In this document: positions 9,906-18,803 of the stretch, one piece after another
Layout of the letters: every line of letters starts with the position of its first letter
How positions within the stretch are numbered: the first letter of the stretch is position 1
Assembly: GCA_964550205.1 (NCBI GenBank)
Contig: CAZJYD010000003.1
Span: 2,361-66,360, forward strand
DNA length: 64,000 bases
DNA from: an uncultured Bacteroidales bacterium
GTDB taxonomy: Bacteria; Bacteroidota; Bacteroidia; Bacteroidales; JAIOZK01
Reading direction: 5' to 3'
Made by a program: the position numbers and the translations under genes
Notes under the pieces: generated by a model
Database searches by the model: none
The model's input: the letters and a program-made list of their open reading frames with translations, nothing else
What the model was told of the DNA's origin: nothing

Positions 9906-11396
9906 TTGAAGCGGCTTATACGACATCAGGTATTTCAGCTCATTTCAGATGTAGCAGCAAAAATGGGTGTTGATGCATATGTAATTGGCGGATGGGTAAG
10001 AGATTTGTATTTAAAGCGTCAATCAAAAGATATAGATATTGTTGTTATAGGCAGCGGGATAAAATTAGCCAGGGAGGTTGCTAAGAAAGCCAAAATATCA
10101 CCGCCTGTGTGCTATAAGAATTTCGGTACTGCAAAACTGGATTACGATAAATTGGAAATTGAATTTGTGGGTGCACGAAAGGAATCTTATCGAAGCAGTT
10201 CACGCAAACCGGTTGTTGAAGAAGGAACATTACAAGATGACCAGAACAGGAGGGATTTCACAATCAATGCCTTGGCTTTCAGCCTGAATAAGAATAACTT
10301 CGGTGATTTGATCGATCCATTTAATGGAATAAAGGATCTTGATAATAAAATAATCAGAACTCCGCTTGATCCTGATATTACTTTTTCTGATGATCCGCTG
10401 CGTATGATGCGGGCAGTTCGCTTTGCTACTCAATTGAAGTTCACTATTTTTCAAGATACCTATGAGGCTATAAGAAAGAATGCTGAAAGAATTAGTATTG
10501 TTTCCAAAGAACGTGTAATTGATGAGCTTAATAAAATAATTGAGGATGATAAACCTTCGGTTGGTTTTCGGCTACTGTTCGACAGCGGATTGCTGAAACT
10601 TATTTTACCCGAGATGTGTGAATTATATGAAACTGAGTACATCAATGGTAAAGGCCATAAAAATAATTTTACGCATACACTTGAAGTTCTTGATAAAGTT
10701 GCTGAAAAATCTGATAATTTATGGCTAAGATGGGCAGCGATTTTACATGATATTGCCAAGCCTGCAACAAAAAGCTTTAATCCCGATGTCGGTTGGACCT
10801 TTCATTCTCATGAGTTTGTGGGAGCCAAGATGGTATCTCAGATATTTAAAAAATTAAAATTACCACTGAACGAAAAAATGCGATACGTTAAAAAATTAGT
10901 ACAACTGCATTTGCGTCCTATAGCATTGGCTGAAAAAGATGTCACTGATTCAGCCGTAAGAAGATTATTATATGAAGCCGGTGATGATATAGAAGATCTG
11001 ATGATTTTGTGTGAAGCTGATATTACATCTAAAAATCCTGCCAAGGTCAAAAAATATCTGAATAATTTTAAATACGTCAGGAAAAAACTTAAGGAAGTTG
11101 AAGAAAAGGACAGAATACGCAATTGGCAACCTCCTATTTCAGGGAATATTATTATGGATGCATTTGGGATAAAATCAGGCAGAGAGGTTGGTATTATCAA
11201 GAGAGCTATAAGAGAAGCCATTCTCGATGGTATAATAGATAATGATTTCGACGAGGCTTTTGATATTATGAAACAAAAAGGAAAAGATTCAAATCTTAAA
11301 TTGAGAAAAACAAAAAAAGACTTTATAGAAGAAAAGCATCTGTGGCTTCATGAAAGAGATAATGATAAAACGGATCGTGATAATAAAAGCAAATAA
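9906..11396 (+). CDS. CCA-adding tRNA nucleotidyltransferase / poly(A) polymerase family with HD domain
   Basis: GGWVRD...DIDIVV nucleotidyltransferase motif, RRDFTINA, and HD domain (AILHDIAKP). TTG start; the only upstream ATG is immediately stopped. Confidence 0.85.
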   Translation: MKRLIRHQVFQLISDVAAKMGVDAYVIGGWVRDLYLKRQSKDIDIVVIGSGIKLAREVAKKAKISPPVCYKNFGTAKLDYDKLEIEFVGARKESYRSSSRKPVVEEGTLQDDQNRRDFTINALAFSLNKNNFGDLIDPFNGIKDLDNKIIRTPLDPDITFSDDPLRMMRAVRFATQLKFTIFQDTYEAIRKNAERISIVSKERVIDELNKIIEDDKPSVGFRLLFDSGLLKLILPEMCELYETEYINGKGHKNNFTHTLEVLDKVAEKSDNLWLRWAAILHDIAKPATKSFNPDVGWTFHSHEFVGAKMVSQIFKKLKLPLNEKMRYVKKLVQLHLRPIALAEKDVTDSAVRRLLYEAGDDIEDLMILCEADITSKNPAKVKKYLNNFKYVRKKLKEVEEKDRIRNWQPPISGNIIMDAFGIKSGREVGIIKRAIREAILDGIIDNDFDEAFDIMKQKGKDSNLKLRKTKKDFIEEKHLWLHERDNDKTDRDNKSK

Positions 11397-11422
11397 TTCT
11401 AAATTAATATTAATCCTTCCGG

Positions 11423-12328
11423 ATGACTTATAAACAGAAAAAACTTATCGTAGTTATTGGACCCACGGCTGTCGGTAAAACTGCGCTTGCAATTAAACTC
11501 GCCCAAAAGTTTAATACTGAGATCATATCAGCAGATTCACGGCAGTTCTACAGGGAAATGAAAATTGGTAATGCATCTCCGACACATGAGGAACTAAATT
11601 CTGCTAAACACTATTTTATAGGACATTTATCAGTTACGGATTATTATAATGCTTCAAAATTTGAAAATGATGCATTGAGTGTTCTCGATATAATTTTTAA
11701 AAAATCAGATTATGCTTTGATGGTTGGAGGCAGTGGATTATATATTGATGCAGCCTGCACAGGTATTGATGAATTACCTGATGTGGATACGGGTCTCAGA
11801 AATGAGATCAGGCAGCTATATAAGTATGAAGGGATAATCTGCCTTCAGAAAGAACTGAAAAGACTTGATCCTGAATACTATGATATTGTTGATAAAGCCA
11901 ATCCCAAACGATTAATGAGAGCAATTGAAATATGCAGGGCAACGGGTAAGAAGTTCTCAGAATTAAGAAAGAATGAGAAAAAACAAAGAGATTTTAGTAT
12001 TATCAAGATAGGATTAAATATGGAACGGGAAATGCTTTTCGATAGAATAAATAAAAGAGTTGATAAGATGATTGAAGATGGTTTGGTTGAAGAAGTTAAA
12101 TCATTACAAAAGTTCAGGTCTCATAATGCTTTAAATACAGTGGGTTATAAAGAAGTTTTCAGTTACCTGGATAAAGAAATATCTTTTAAAAAGGCTATCG
12201 GGAAAATAAAAACAAACACACGAAGATATGCTAAACGGCAGACGACATGGTTTAAGGGAGACGATAGCATTAAATGGTTTCATCCTTCTGAATTGGATAA
12301 AATCATTGAATATTTACAAGATGTTTAA
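11423..12328 (+). CDS. miaA: tRNA dimethylallyltransferase
   Basis: P-loop GPTAVGKT, SADSRQFYREM and RRYAKRQTTWF motifs. Confidence 0.9.
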   Translation: MTYKQKKLIVVIGPTAVGKTALAIKLAQKFNTEIISADSRQFYREMKIGNASPTHEELNSAKHYFIGHLSVTDYYNASKFENDALSVLDIIFKKSDYALMVGGSGLYIDAACTGIDELPDVDTGLRNEIRQLYKYEGIICLQKELKRLDPEYYDIVDKANPKRLMRAIEICRATGKKFSELRKNEKKQRDFSIIKIGLNMEREMLFDRINKRVDKMIEDGLVEEVKSLQKFRSHNALNTVGYKEVFSYLDKEISFKKAIGKIKTNTRRYAKRQTTWFKGDDSIKWFHPSELDKIIEYLQDV

Positions 12329-12375
12329 TAATTGTATCTTTATTTATATTTTATAAATTTGGCAAAAATAAAATT

Positions 12376-12957
12376 ATGGATATTCATGAATTAAAGAAAG
12401 AGGTTGAGAATTGCACAAAATGTCCCTTACACAGAAACCGAAACAATACAGTTTTTGGGAGTGGTACGTATGATGCAAAGATTTTTTTAATTGGTGAAGG
12501 TCCGGGAGCTGATGAAGACAGATTAGGAGAAGCATTCGTAGGAAGGGCGGGTCAGTTACTTGACAAAATTCTTGCGGCATGCAATTTCACACGTAAAGAA
12601 CATGTTTTTATTGGTAACATAGTTAAATGCCGCCCGCCTCAGAACCGCGCACCTTCTCCTGAAGAAATGGCAAGCTGTTTACCTTATCTTGAGCAACAAA
12701 TTAGTTTGATCGATCCTGTAATAATAATTACATTGGGTGCAGTTGCTTTAAGGGGTCTTATCGGCGGTAATCCGAAAATAACACAGGAAAGGGGAAAATG
12801 GCAAATATGGATGAACAGATATGTTATGCCTACTTTCCATCCGGCAGCATTATTAAGAAATCCAAATCTGAAAAGAGATACATGGGAGGATTTTAAAAAA
12901 GTAATTGTGAAATACAGGGAAATGGTAAATTCAGACCATTATTGTGAGTATGTATGA
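12376..12957 (+). CDS. uracil-DNA glycosylase, family 4
   Basis: CTKCPL (Fe-S Cys), GEGPGADED and HPAALLRNP motifs. Confidence 0.85.
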   Translation: MDIHELKKEVENCTKCPLHRNRNNTVFGSGTYDAKIFLIGEGPGADEDRLGEAFVGRAGQLLDKILAACNFTRKEHVFIGNIVKCRPPQNRAPSPEEMASCLPYLEQQISLIDPVIIITLGAVALRGLIGGNPKITQERGKWQIWMNRYVMPTFHPAALLRNPNLKRDTWEDFKKVIVKYREMVNSDHYCEYV

Positions 12958-13799
12958 TTATGTTTTAAGTGATATCTGACCAGTCCCTGAATGGGATTCC
13001 TTTCAATTTTACCAGGTTTTAGCTGATGCTTATTTAATACTTCTTTTAACAAGGCACTGAAGACAAATGCAATAGAACCAACAAAACTAATATTAAGAAT
13101 ATTGTGTTTTGGATACACGATGACCTGATTAGTAAGGAATTTTGTAAAAGATTTTTTAACAAGATCTTTGAAAAAGACTTCATGAATATTTTCTTTAATG
13201 AAACTTGTAAAAGATGAAAGAAACTGTACCGGTGTTGCCTGATTATATGTTTTATCAAGTATTTGTTCAAGCTCCAAATTATATTTATTTTCAAAGCTGC
13301 TGTGGATTTTTTTAGGTAGTTGCTTGTTCAGATAGGCTGTTAGCAGCTTTTTACCGAGATCTGCACCGCTCCCTTCGTCACCATACATATAACCGAATGA
13401 AGGTATATTATCAACAATTTCTTTTCCGTTATAATGGCATGAATTGGATCCGGTTCCAAGAATGCATGCTATTCCTTCCTTATCTCCAAAAAGTCCACGT
13501 GCTGCTCCCATAAGGTCATGTTCTATCTCAATGCGGGCTTCAGTAAAAAATTCTGATAATGCGTTATCAATAATCAATTTCTTTTTTATTGTAGAGCAAC
13601 CCGAGCCGTAGTAAAATACCTGGTTTATTGATTTTTCCTCCAATACCGGAATTATATCCTTTTCAATTATATTACTAAGTACCTTACTGTTCATATAATA
13701 GGGATTGAATCCCTGTGTTTCGAAATATTTTACCAACCTGGATTTATCAACCAGTCCCCAGTCGGTTTTTGATGAGCCACTGTCAACAACTAAAATCAT
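12939..13799 (-). CDS. BadF/BadG/BcrA/BcrD-type ATPase (N-acetylglucosamine kinase-like)
   Basis: MILVVDSGSSKTDW phosphate-1 motif and GTGSNS. ATG 13799 is preferred because the longer ORF would overlap dgkA. Confidence 0.75.
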   Translation of the reverse strand: MILVVDSGSSKTDWGLVDKSRLVKYFETQGFNPYYMNSKVLSNIIEKDIIPVLEEKSINQVFYYGSGCSTIKKKLIIDNALSEFFTEARIEIEHDLMGAARGLFGDKEGIACILGTGSNSCHYNGKEIVDNIPSFGYMYGDEGSGADLGKKLLTAYLNKQLPKKIHSSFENKYNLELEQILDKTYNQATPVQFLSSFTSFIKENIHEVFFKDLVKKSFTKFLTNQVIVYPKHNILNISFVGSIAFVFSALLKEVLNKHQLKPGKIERNPIQGLVRYHLKHNHTYSQ

Positions 13800-13800
13800 A

Positions 13801-14169
13801 TTAAAAGAATATTTTGGGTATAAAAATAATAAATCCAATGGAAGCAGCTGCAATTGCCGCAATTAAAACAGCACCGGCTCCTATATCCTTGATTATTCCT
13901 GCTTTTTTATTATGTTCAGGACTTATCATATCTATAAGATTTTCAATGGCTGTATTAATAGCTTCGACGGAAAAAACTAAGCCGATTGAAAAAACTATCA
14001 GGCACCATTCAGTTAGATTTATTTTGTAAAGTATGCCGAATAAAATTGCAATTGAGGTTAATAATGCATGAATCCATGTATTGTGCTGGCTTTTAAATAA
14101 TATTAGTATTCCCTTAAAAGCGTATTTAAAACTTTTGGCTCTTGCTGTTAATGTAAATTTATTTTGCAT
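13801..14169 (-). CDS. dgkA: diacylglycerol kinase family protein
   Basis: 122 aa, three TM helices, and the EAINTAIENLIDMISPEHNKKAGIIKDIGAGAVL signature region. Confidence 0.85.
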   Translation of the reverse strand: MQNKFTLTARAKSFKYAFKGILILFKSQHNTWIHALLTSIAILFGILYKINLTEWCLIVFSIGLVFSVEAINTAIENLIDMISPEHNKKAGIIKDIGAGAVLIAAIAAASIGFIIFIPKIFF

Positions 14170-14238
14170 CAGATAACATTATTATGATGAATAATGATTA
14201 ATAAATTTATGAAATTATAATAAATATTAAAAATAATG

Positions 14239-14246
14239 TATATTTG
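14239..14246 (+). promoter_or_regulatory. -7 promoter box (TATATTTG)
   Basis: TAnnTTTG match 35 nt upstream of the sigma-factor GTG start. Confidence 0.3.
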
Positions 14247-14280
14247 AAGGTAATCATTTTCAAGGAAAAATTATAGTTAA

Positions 14281-14862
14281 GTGACAAGTAGTAAATATAC
14301 AAATAATGAAATTCTGGAGGGGATTATTAATAGAAATGAAAAGATAGCAAAATATCTGTACGATAAAATATTCCCTGCAGTGTATAAACATATTAGCCTC
14401 AATAATGGAAACAAGGAAGATGCATTTGATGTTTTTGAAAAAGCCTATTTAATTGTTGAGAAGAAAATAAGAAATGATGAGTTAGTGCTATCATGCAAAT
14501 TCAGTACATATTTTTTTAGTGTATGCAGAAATGTTTGGTTTAATGAGCTTAGAAAAATGAAAAAGGAAATATTGGATCACGATGTTATTTTTGAATACCG
14601 AACATCTGATACACTTAATTATATTGAAAGGTTGATTGAGTACGAACCTTATTATTTATATAAAAAACATTTTGAAAGGTTATCGGAATTATGTAAAAAA
14701 TTATTATCAATGGCTTTGGAGAAAATTCCATATGAAAGAATTGCAGCTAAACTTAACTATTCTTCTGCAGGTATGGCAAGAAAGAGAAAATATAAGTGCA
14801 AGAAGAAGTTACTGGAAAGTATACGAAAAGATCCTCTTTTTACTGAATTAAATAATAGCTGA
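14281..14862 (+). CDS. sigma-70 family RNA polymerase sigma factor (divergent)
   Basis: 193 aa with a region-2-like EDAFDVFEKAYL...FSTYFFSVCRN and a region-4-like C-terminal HTH (IPYERIAAKLNYSSAGMARKRKYKCKKKL). GTG start. Confidence 0.65.
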   Translation: MTSSKYTNNEILEGIINRNEKIAKYLYDKIFPAVYKHISLNNGNKEDAFDVFEKAYLIVEKKIRNDELVLSCKFSTYFFSVCRNVWFNELRKMKKEILDHDVIFEYRTSDTLNYIERLIEYEPYYLYKKHFERLSELCKKLLSMALEKIPYERIAAKLNYSSAGMARKRKYKCKKKLLESIRKDPLFTELNNS

Positions 14863-14864
14863 AA

Positions 14865-15626
14865 ATGAATTATGATGATTATGATATATTAACCGATAGA
14901 TACCTTAATGATGAGCTGAATAGCGATGAAAAAAAGCAGTTTGAGGAAAAGCTAAAAACTGACAAAGCTTTAAGGGATACACTTAGGTTACACAAGGATG
15001 TAGATTTTGTTATTCAAAGCAAGGAATTATTGAAAAGCAGGGAAATGCTTGAAAAGATAAGGAGAAAAAGAAATTTACATACCTCAACACCATATTTATT
15101 TTTCTATAAGCATCCTGTATTATTAGTAGCCGCTTCATTATTGATAATCATTGGCATTGTGTTTTTGATATTAATAAGTGTGAAACAATCACCTAGACCC
15201 GAAACAATTTTTAAAGAATATTACATGCCATTTGAAATGGTCAATAATATTAGGATAACCGGTGATATTGGTTATAAGGATGATTTTTATGAAGCGCTTA
15301 ATTTTTATAAAGAAGGTCGATATAATGAAGCTGCTGAAAAGATCAATGTTATTCCGGAATCATATATGGTGAGTGAAAACAGCTCTTTAATATTTTTATC
15401 AGGACTTATCAACATTGAAACAGATAATATTTATAAAGCGGAGCAATATTTCCTTATGGTATTAAAATCTAATGACAAGAGATATTATCATCATGCCCAA
15501 TGGTACCTTGCATTAATATACCTTAAAGACGGAAAGTTAGAAGATGCTAAGGTGATATTATTCCATATTATTGATGATAGAACATCTTATTTGACAAAGG
15601 CATATAAAATTTTAACCAGGCTTTGA
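14865..15626 (+). CDS. putative anti-sigma-like membrane protein with TPR-like C-terminal domain
   Basis: Lies 2 nt after the sigma gene. Single TM (VLLVAASLLIIIGIVFLILI) and a C-terminal TPR-like segment (ALNFYKEGRYNEAA..., WYLALIYLKDGKLEDA). Confidence 0.5.
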   Translation: MNYDDYDILTDRYLNDELNSDEKKQFEEKLKTDKALRDTLRLHKDVDFVIQSKELLKSREMLEKIRRKRNLHTSTPYLFFYKHPVLLVAASLLIIIGIVFLILISVKQSPRPETIFKEYYMPFEMVNNIRITGDIGYKDDFYEALNFYKEGRYNEAAEKINVIPESYMVSENSSLIFLSGLINIETDNIYKAEQYFLMVLKSNDKRYYHHAQWYLALIYLKDGKLEDAKVILFHIIDDRTSYLTKAYKILTRL

Positions 15627-15681
15627 TATGCTATGATTATTTGTATGGGCTTTGTTTTTCTTAATTCTTAATTCTTAATAA

Positions 15682-17568
15682 TTACTTTTTAACAGACAGA
15701 ACTTGCTTTACCCTGAAATCTTTTATTCTGCCTTTACTTTGTCTTGTATGGTGATATTTTATATCATAAAAAAAGTCGACATAATAAGATAATTTTTCTT
15801 TCAGGTCTTTCCGGTTGACTAAGTGTTGTATCTTATCTGTTTCATAAAGTTTGTCTGTACACACAACATTTCTGTCAACTTCAAAACCTGCACCTGTAAC
15901 CACTCTTGGTCCGGCAAATTCTACGAGGCCGCCTTTTTCTGCAATTATCATATCTCCTTGTGTTACATAACTGGCATAAGCTCCTCCTGTTGTAGGTCCT
16001 GTTATAACAGATATATACAGTATGCCTTCTTTTTTCAGGTCTAACAGGGCCATATTCATTTTTGCCATTTGAGCGAGCGACATAGTGCCTTCGTTCATTC
16101 TTGCTCCTCCGGAAGCACATATAGAAATAAAGGGATGTTTGTATTTTATTGCGAAATTAATTGCCCGTTTAAATTTTTCACCAAAAACAGCCCCAAATGA
16201 TCCTCCAAGGAATTTAAGATCGGATATCACAAAAACAACCTGTTTCTTATTAATTTGTGCTGTACCTGTTACCAGGGCCTCTTTTGAAAAAGCTTTGTTT
16301 TCAAGTTTTTCTAAAGCTTTTTTATATTTACCAAAATTATATCTTTCACTGCCAACAAGTTTCCTTATCGTTAAATCGCTTTCTATTTCCTGGAATGTAT
16401 CTTTATCACAAACTTTTTCTATCTGGTCTGCCATACATAAATAATCGCCTTTACCACATTTGGGGCATGCATAAAAATTGTCTAAAAATTCCTTATATGA
16501 AACATAACCACATCCTCCGGCTACCTTGAAAATATTTTTTTCAGGATCCCATTCTTTTTCACACTTATACAGCTCGGTATCTTTGATACCTTCTTTTTCC
16601 AAATGGGCCCTTATTAAAAACAATGTATGGAAATCTTCTCTTTCGATATCAATTCTTTTAAACTCTTCGGGTATGCTGCGTTTGATTTTTCTTTTAGAAA
16701 GTTTATCAATGGTATCAACAAAAACTCCATAATTTAATACCTTTTGCCTTCTTTCAAACAGCAGTTTTTCCAATGTTTTTTTTCTAATCTTTCTATTGTT
16801 TTTGGGTGTTGAGGGTATCCATTTATTTAGTGTTTCGATTAGGGTCTTTTTTATTTTATCTATTGTAAAGTCATAATCAGTATGAGCTGCTGCTTCGGGC
16901 TCCGGCAGTATTTCATCTATCATTCCGATTTCTTTTATATGCTCTGCGTCGGGGCGTAATATAACCAATGAGTCGTTTAATGTGTCTTCTAAATCTTCTC
17001 CTTCGGCTAATCTTCTGTGAAATATTATCCTGCTGCAACTTTCAGGAGCTATAACCGAATAAAGTGCATTCTCAAGCATAAAACTCTTATCGGCTACCTG
17101 TAAAGCAAGAGCACCACCACTGCCGCCTTCACCAATAACATAAGATATCGTGGGAGTTCTTATTTCACATAATTTGCTTATACAATCCGAAATCAGGAAA
17201 GATTGCCCCCCAAGTTCGGAATTCATTGAACTATCACCACCGAAAGTGTCTATGAATGAAATAACGGGCATCTTATTTTTTTCAGCCAAATCCAATACAT
17301 CTAAGGCAAATCCATAACCTTTGGCTGTTATCATTCCCGTAGCTTTACTATTTTTACCTTCCCTTTTCTTTTCCTGTCCAAGTATAATACATTTAATCCC
17401 GTCTATATTGCATTTGCCTGCGATCAATGATGGATCAGGTGAACCAAAGTAGGTAATCTTTTTAAAAAGCCCTTCTATTATATCGGAACTTCTTATTCTT
17501 TTGGGATGCCTGACTAAATCATAACGGTGTTTATAATCTATTATTGATGAATTTTCTTTCGTATTCAT
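15682..17568 (-). CDS. acetyl-CoA carboxylase carboxyltransferase, fused alpha (AccA-like) and beta (AccD-like) subunits
   Basis: Residues 1-280 align by eye with AccA (FIDTFGG, VIGEGGSGGALAL, SVIAPESC). Residues about 335-600 align with AccD (ACPKCG zinc knuckle, CASGGARMNEG, FAGPRV). One uninterrupted 628-aa frame. Confidence 0.8.
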   Translation of the reverse strand: MNTKENSSIIDYKHRYDLVRHPKRIRSSDIIEGLFKKITYFGSPDPSLIAGKCNIDGIKCIILGQEKKREGKNSKATGMITAKGYGFALDVLDLAEKNKMPVISFIDTFGGDSSMNSELGGQSFLISDCISKLCEIRTPTISYVIGEGGSGGALALQVADKSFMLENALYSVIAPESCSRIIFHRRLAEGEDLEDTLNDSLVILRPDAEHIKEIGMIDEILPEPEAAAHTDYDFTIDKIKKTLIETLNKWIPSTPKNNRKIRKKTLEKLLFERRQKVLNYGVFVDTIDKLSKRKIKRSIPEEFKRIDIEREDFHTLFLIRAHLEKEGIKDTELYKCEKEWDPEKNIFKVAGGCGYVSYKEFLDNFYACPKCGKGDYLCMADQIEKVCDKDTFQEIESDLTIRKLVGSERYNFGKYKKALEKLENKAFSKEALVTGTAQINKKQVVFVISDLKFLGGSFGAVFGEKFKRAINFAIKYKHPFISICASGGARMNEGTMSLAQMAKMNMALLDLKKEGILYISVITGPTTGGAYASYVTQGDMIIAEKGGLVEFAGPRVVTGAGFEVDRNVVCTDKLYETDKIQHLVNRKDLKEKLSYYVDFFYDIKYHHTRQSKGRIKDFRVKQVLSVKK

Positions 17569-17788
17569 ATAACTAAAGTTTATATTTCCAATAAAACTTT
17601 AAAACGGAATAAGAACTCACTATTTTTAACAAAAAAGCCAACGAAAAAAAAAGCAAGTTATAAAAAATAATTAAAATGAAGTTATTAAATATGTTTTTTG
17701 AAAAAATGCAAATTTAAAAAAATCAACATACATCATATTACAGCCTTGCATTATACACATACATTTTTTATTTTTGAATTAATATATT

Positions 17789-17865
17789 GCGGAAGTAGCT
17801 CAGGGGTAGTCCGCCACAGGTCTATCCCAAGCCAAAGGACGCGGGTTCGAATCCCGTTTTCCGCT
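17789..17865 (+). tRNA. tRNA-like element (aberrant tRNA or tRNA pseudogene; anticodon not assignable)
   Basis: GCGGAAG/TTTCCGC acceptor stem, TAGCTCAGGGGTA D-region start, and GCGGG-TTCGAAT-CCCGT T-arm. The central 31 nt give no D-stem partner or 5-bp/7-nt anticodon arm by hand folding. Confidence 0.45.
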
Positions 17866-17879
17866 CAAAATCACAAAAT

Positions 17880-18803
17880 ATGCAAAGGGTATACACTATA
17901 GGGGAGACGGTTTATGATATAATCTTTAAAAATAACCAACCAATAAAAGCCGTTGCCGGAGGTGCAATGCTGAATACCTCAGTAAGCCTTGGAAGACTTG
18001 ATGTTCCGGTGTTCTTGATTAGTGAATATGGCAAAGACATGATTGGTGATTACATCAATAGTTTTTTAATTGATAATGGTGTTGGAATTAAATACATTTC
18101 AAGGTTTACAGGTGGCCAGTCAGCCTTGGCTGTTGCATTTCTGGATGATAATAACGAAGCTTCATATGAATTTTATAAAATCTATCCTGATGAAAGATTA
18201 ATTCAAAAGTTGCCGGATGTTGAAAAAAATGATATTGTTTTGTTTGGGTCTTTCTATTCATTGCAAAAAGCTGTTCACAAAAAAATTATTGAATTTGTTA
18301 AAGAAGCTTCTGAGAGGGGTGCAGTAATTATTTATGATCCTAATATCAGATTACCTCATAAGGATCGTATCTCAGAATATAAGGATTTTATTTATGAGAA
18401 TATAAAATATTCACACATAGTGAGGACTTCTGATGAAGACATATTTACTATATTTAATGTTAAAGGGCCGGAAAGATCTTTTTCATTGTTGAAGAAAATG
18501 GGATGCAATATTCTGATATACACTATTAATAAAAGAGGCGTGTGGTTGATTACAGATAAAATGCAAATGAAATATAAAGTACCACAAATAAATCCGGTAA
18601 GTACCATCGGGGCTGGCGATAGTTTTAATGCCGGAATAATATATGCTCTTATTATAAATGATATAAAACATGCTTTACTTTCTGAAATAAGCGATAAGGG
18701 CTGGAAAAAAATTATAGAAAAGGGAATTGATTTTGCTAGAGATGTATGCTTGTCTTTTGATAATTATATATCTGAAGAGTTTGTCAAATCAATAAAAGTT
18801 TAA
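17880..18803 (+). CDS. PfkB-family carbohydrate kinase (fructokinase-like)
   Basis: 307 aa with N-terminal GGAMLNTS and C-terminal TIGAGDSFNAG (the PfkB DTxGAGD-type motif). Confidence 0.8.
   Translation: MQRVYTIGETVYDIIFKNNQPIKAVAGGAMLNTSVSLGRLDVPVFLISEYGKDMIGDYINSFLIDNGVGIKYISRFTGGQSALAVAFLDDNNEASYEFYKIYPDERLIQKLPDVEKNDIVLFGSFYSLQKAVHKKIIEFVKEASERGAVIIYDPNIRLPHKDRISEYKDFIYENIKYSHIVRTSDEDIFTIFNVKGPERSFSLLKKMGCNILIYTINKRGVWLITDKMQMKYKVPQINPVSTIGAGDSFNAGIIYALIINDIKHALLSEISDKGWKKIIEKGIDFARDVCLSFDNYISEEFVKSIKV

Noticed and set aside
15640-15681. Short tandem CTTAATT x3 between convergent genes
   Set aside because: It is a trivial AT-rich micro-repeat of three units with no spacer structure, so it is not a CRISPR array.
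17569-17900. Possible integration hotspot or mobile element next to the tRNA-like sequence
   Set aside because: There is no integrase, no direct repeat of the tRNA 3' end, and no compositional shift. The flanking genes are ordinary metabolic genes.
17698-17901. 67-aa ORF spanning the tRNA-like element
   Set aside because: It reads straight through the tRNA-like sequence and into the kinase start. The RNA-like features explain the region better.
18800-18803. Convergent pfkB-family and DUF5916 genes overlapping by 4 nt at their stop codons (TTAA)
   Set aside because: This reflects a compact genome. The overlap involves stop codons only and has no evident functional implication.
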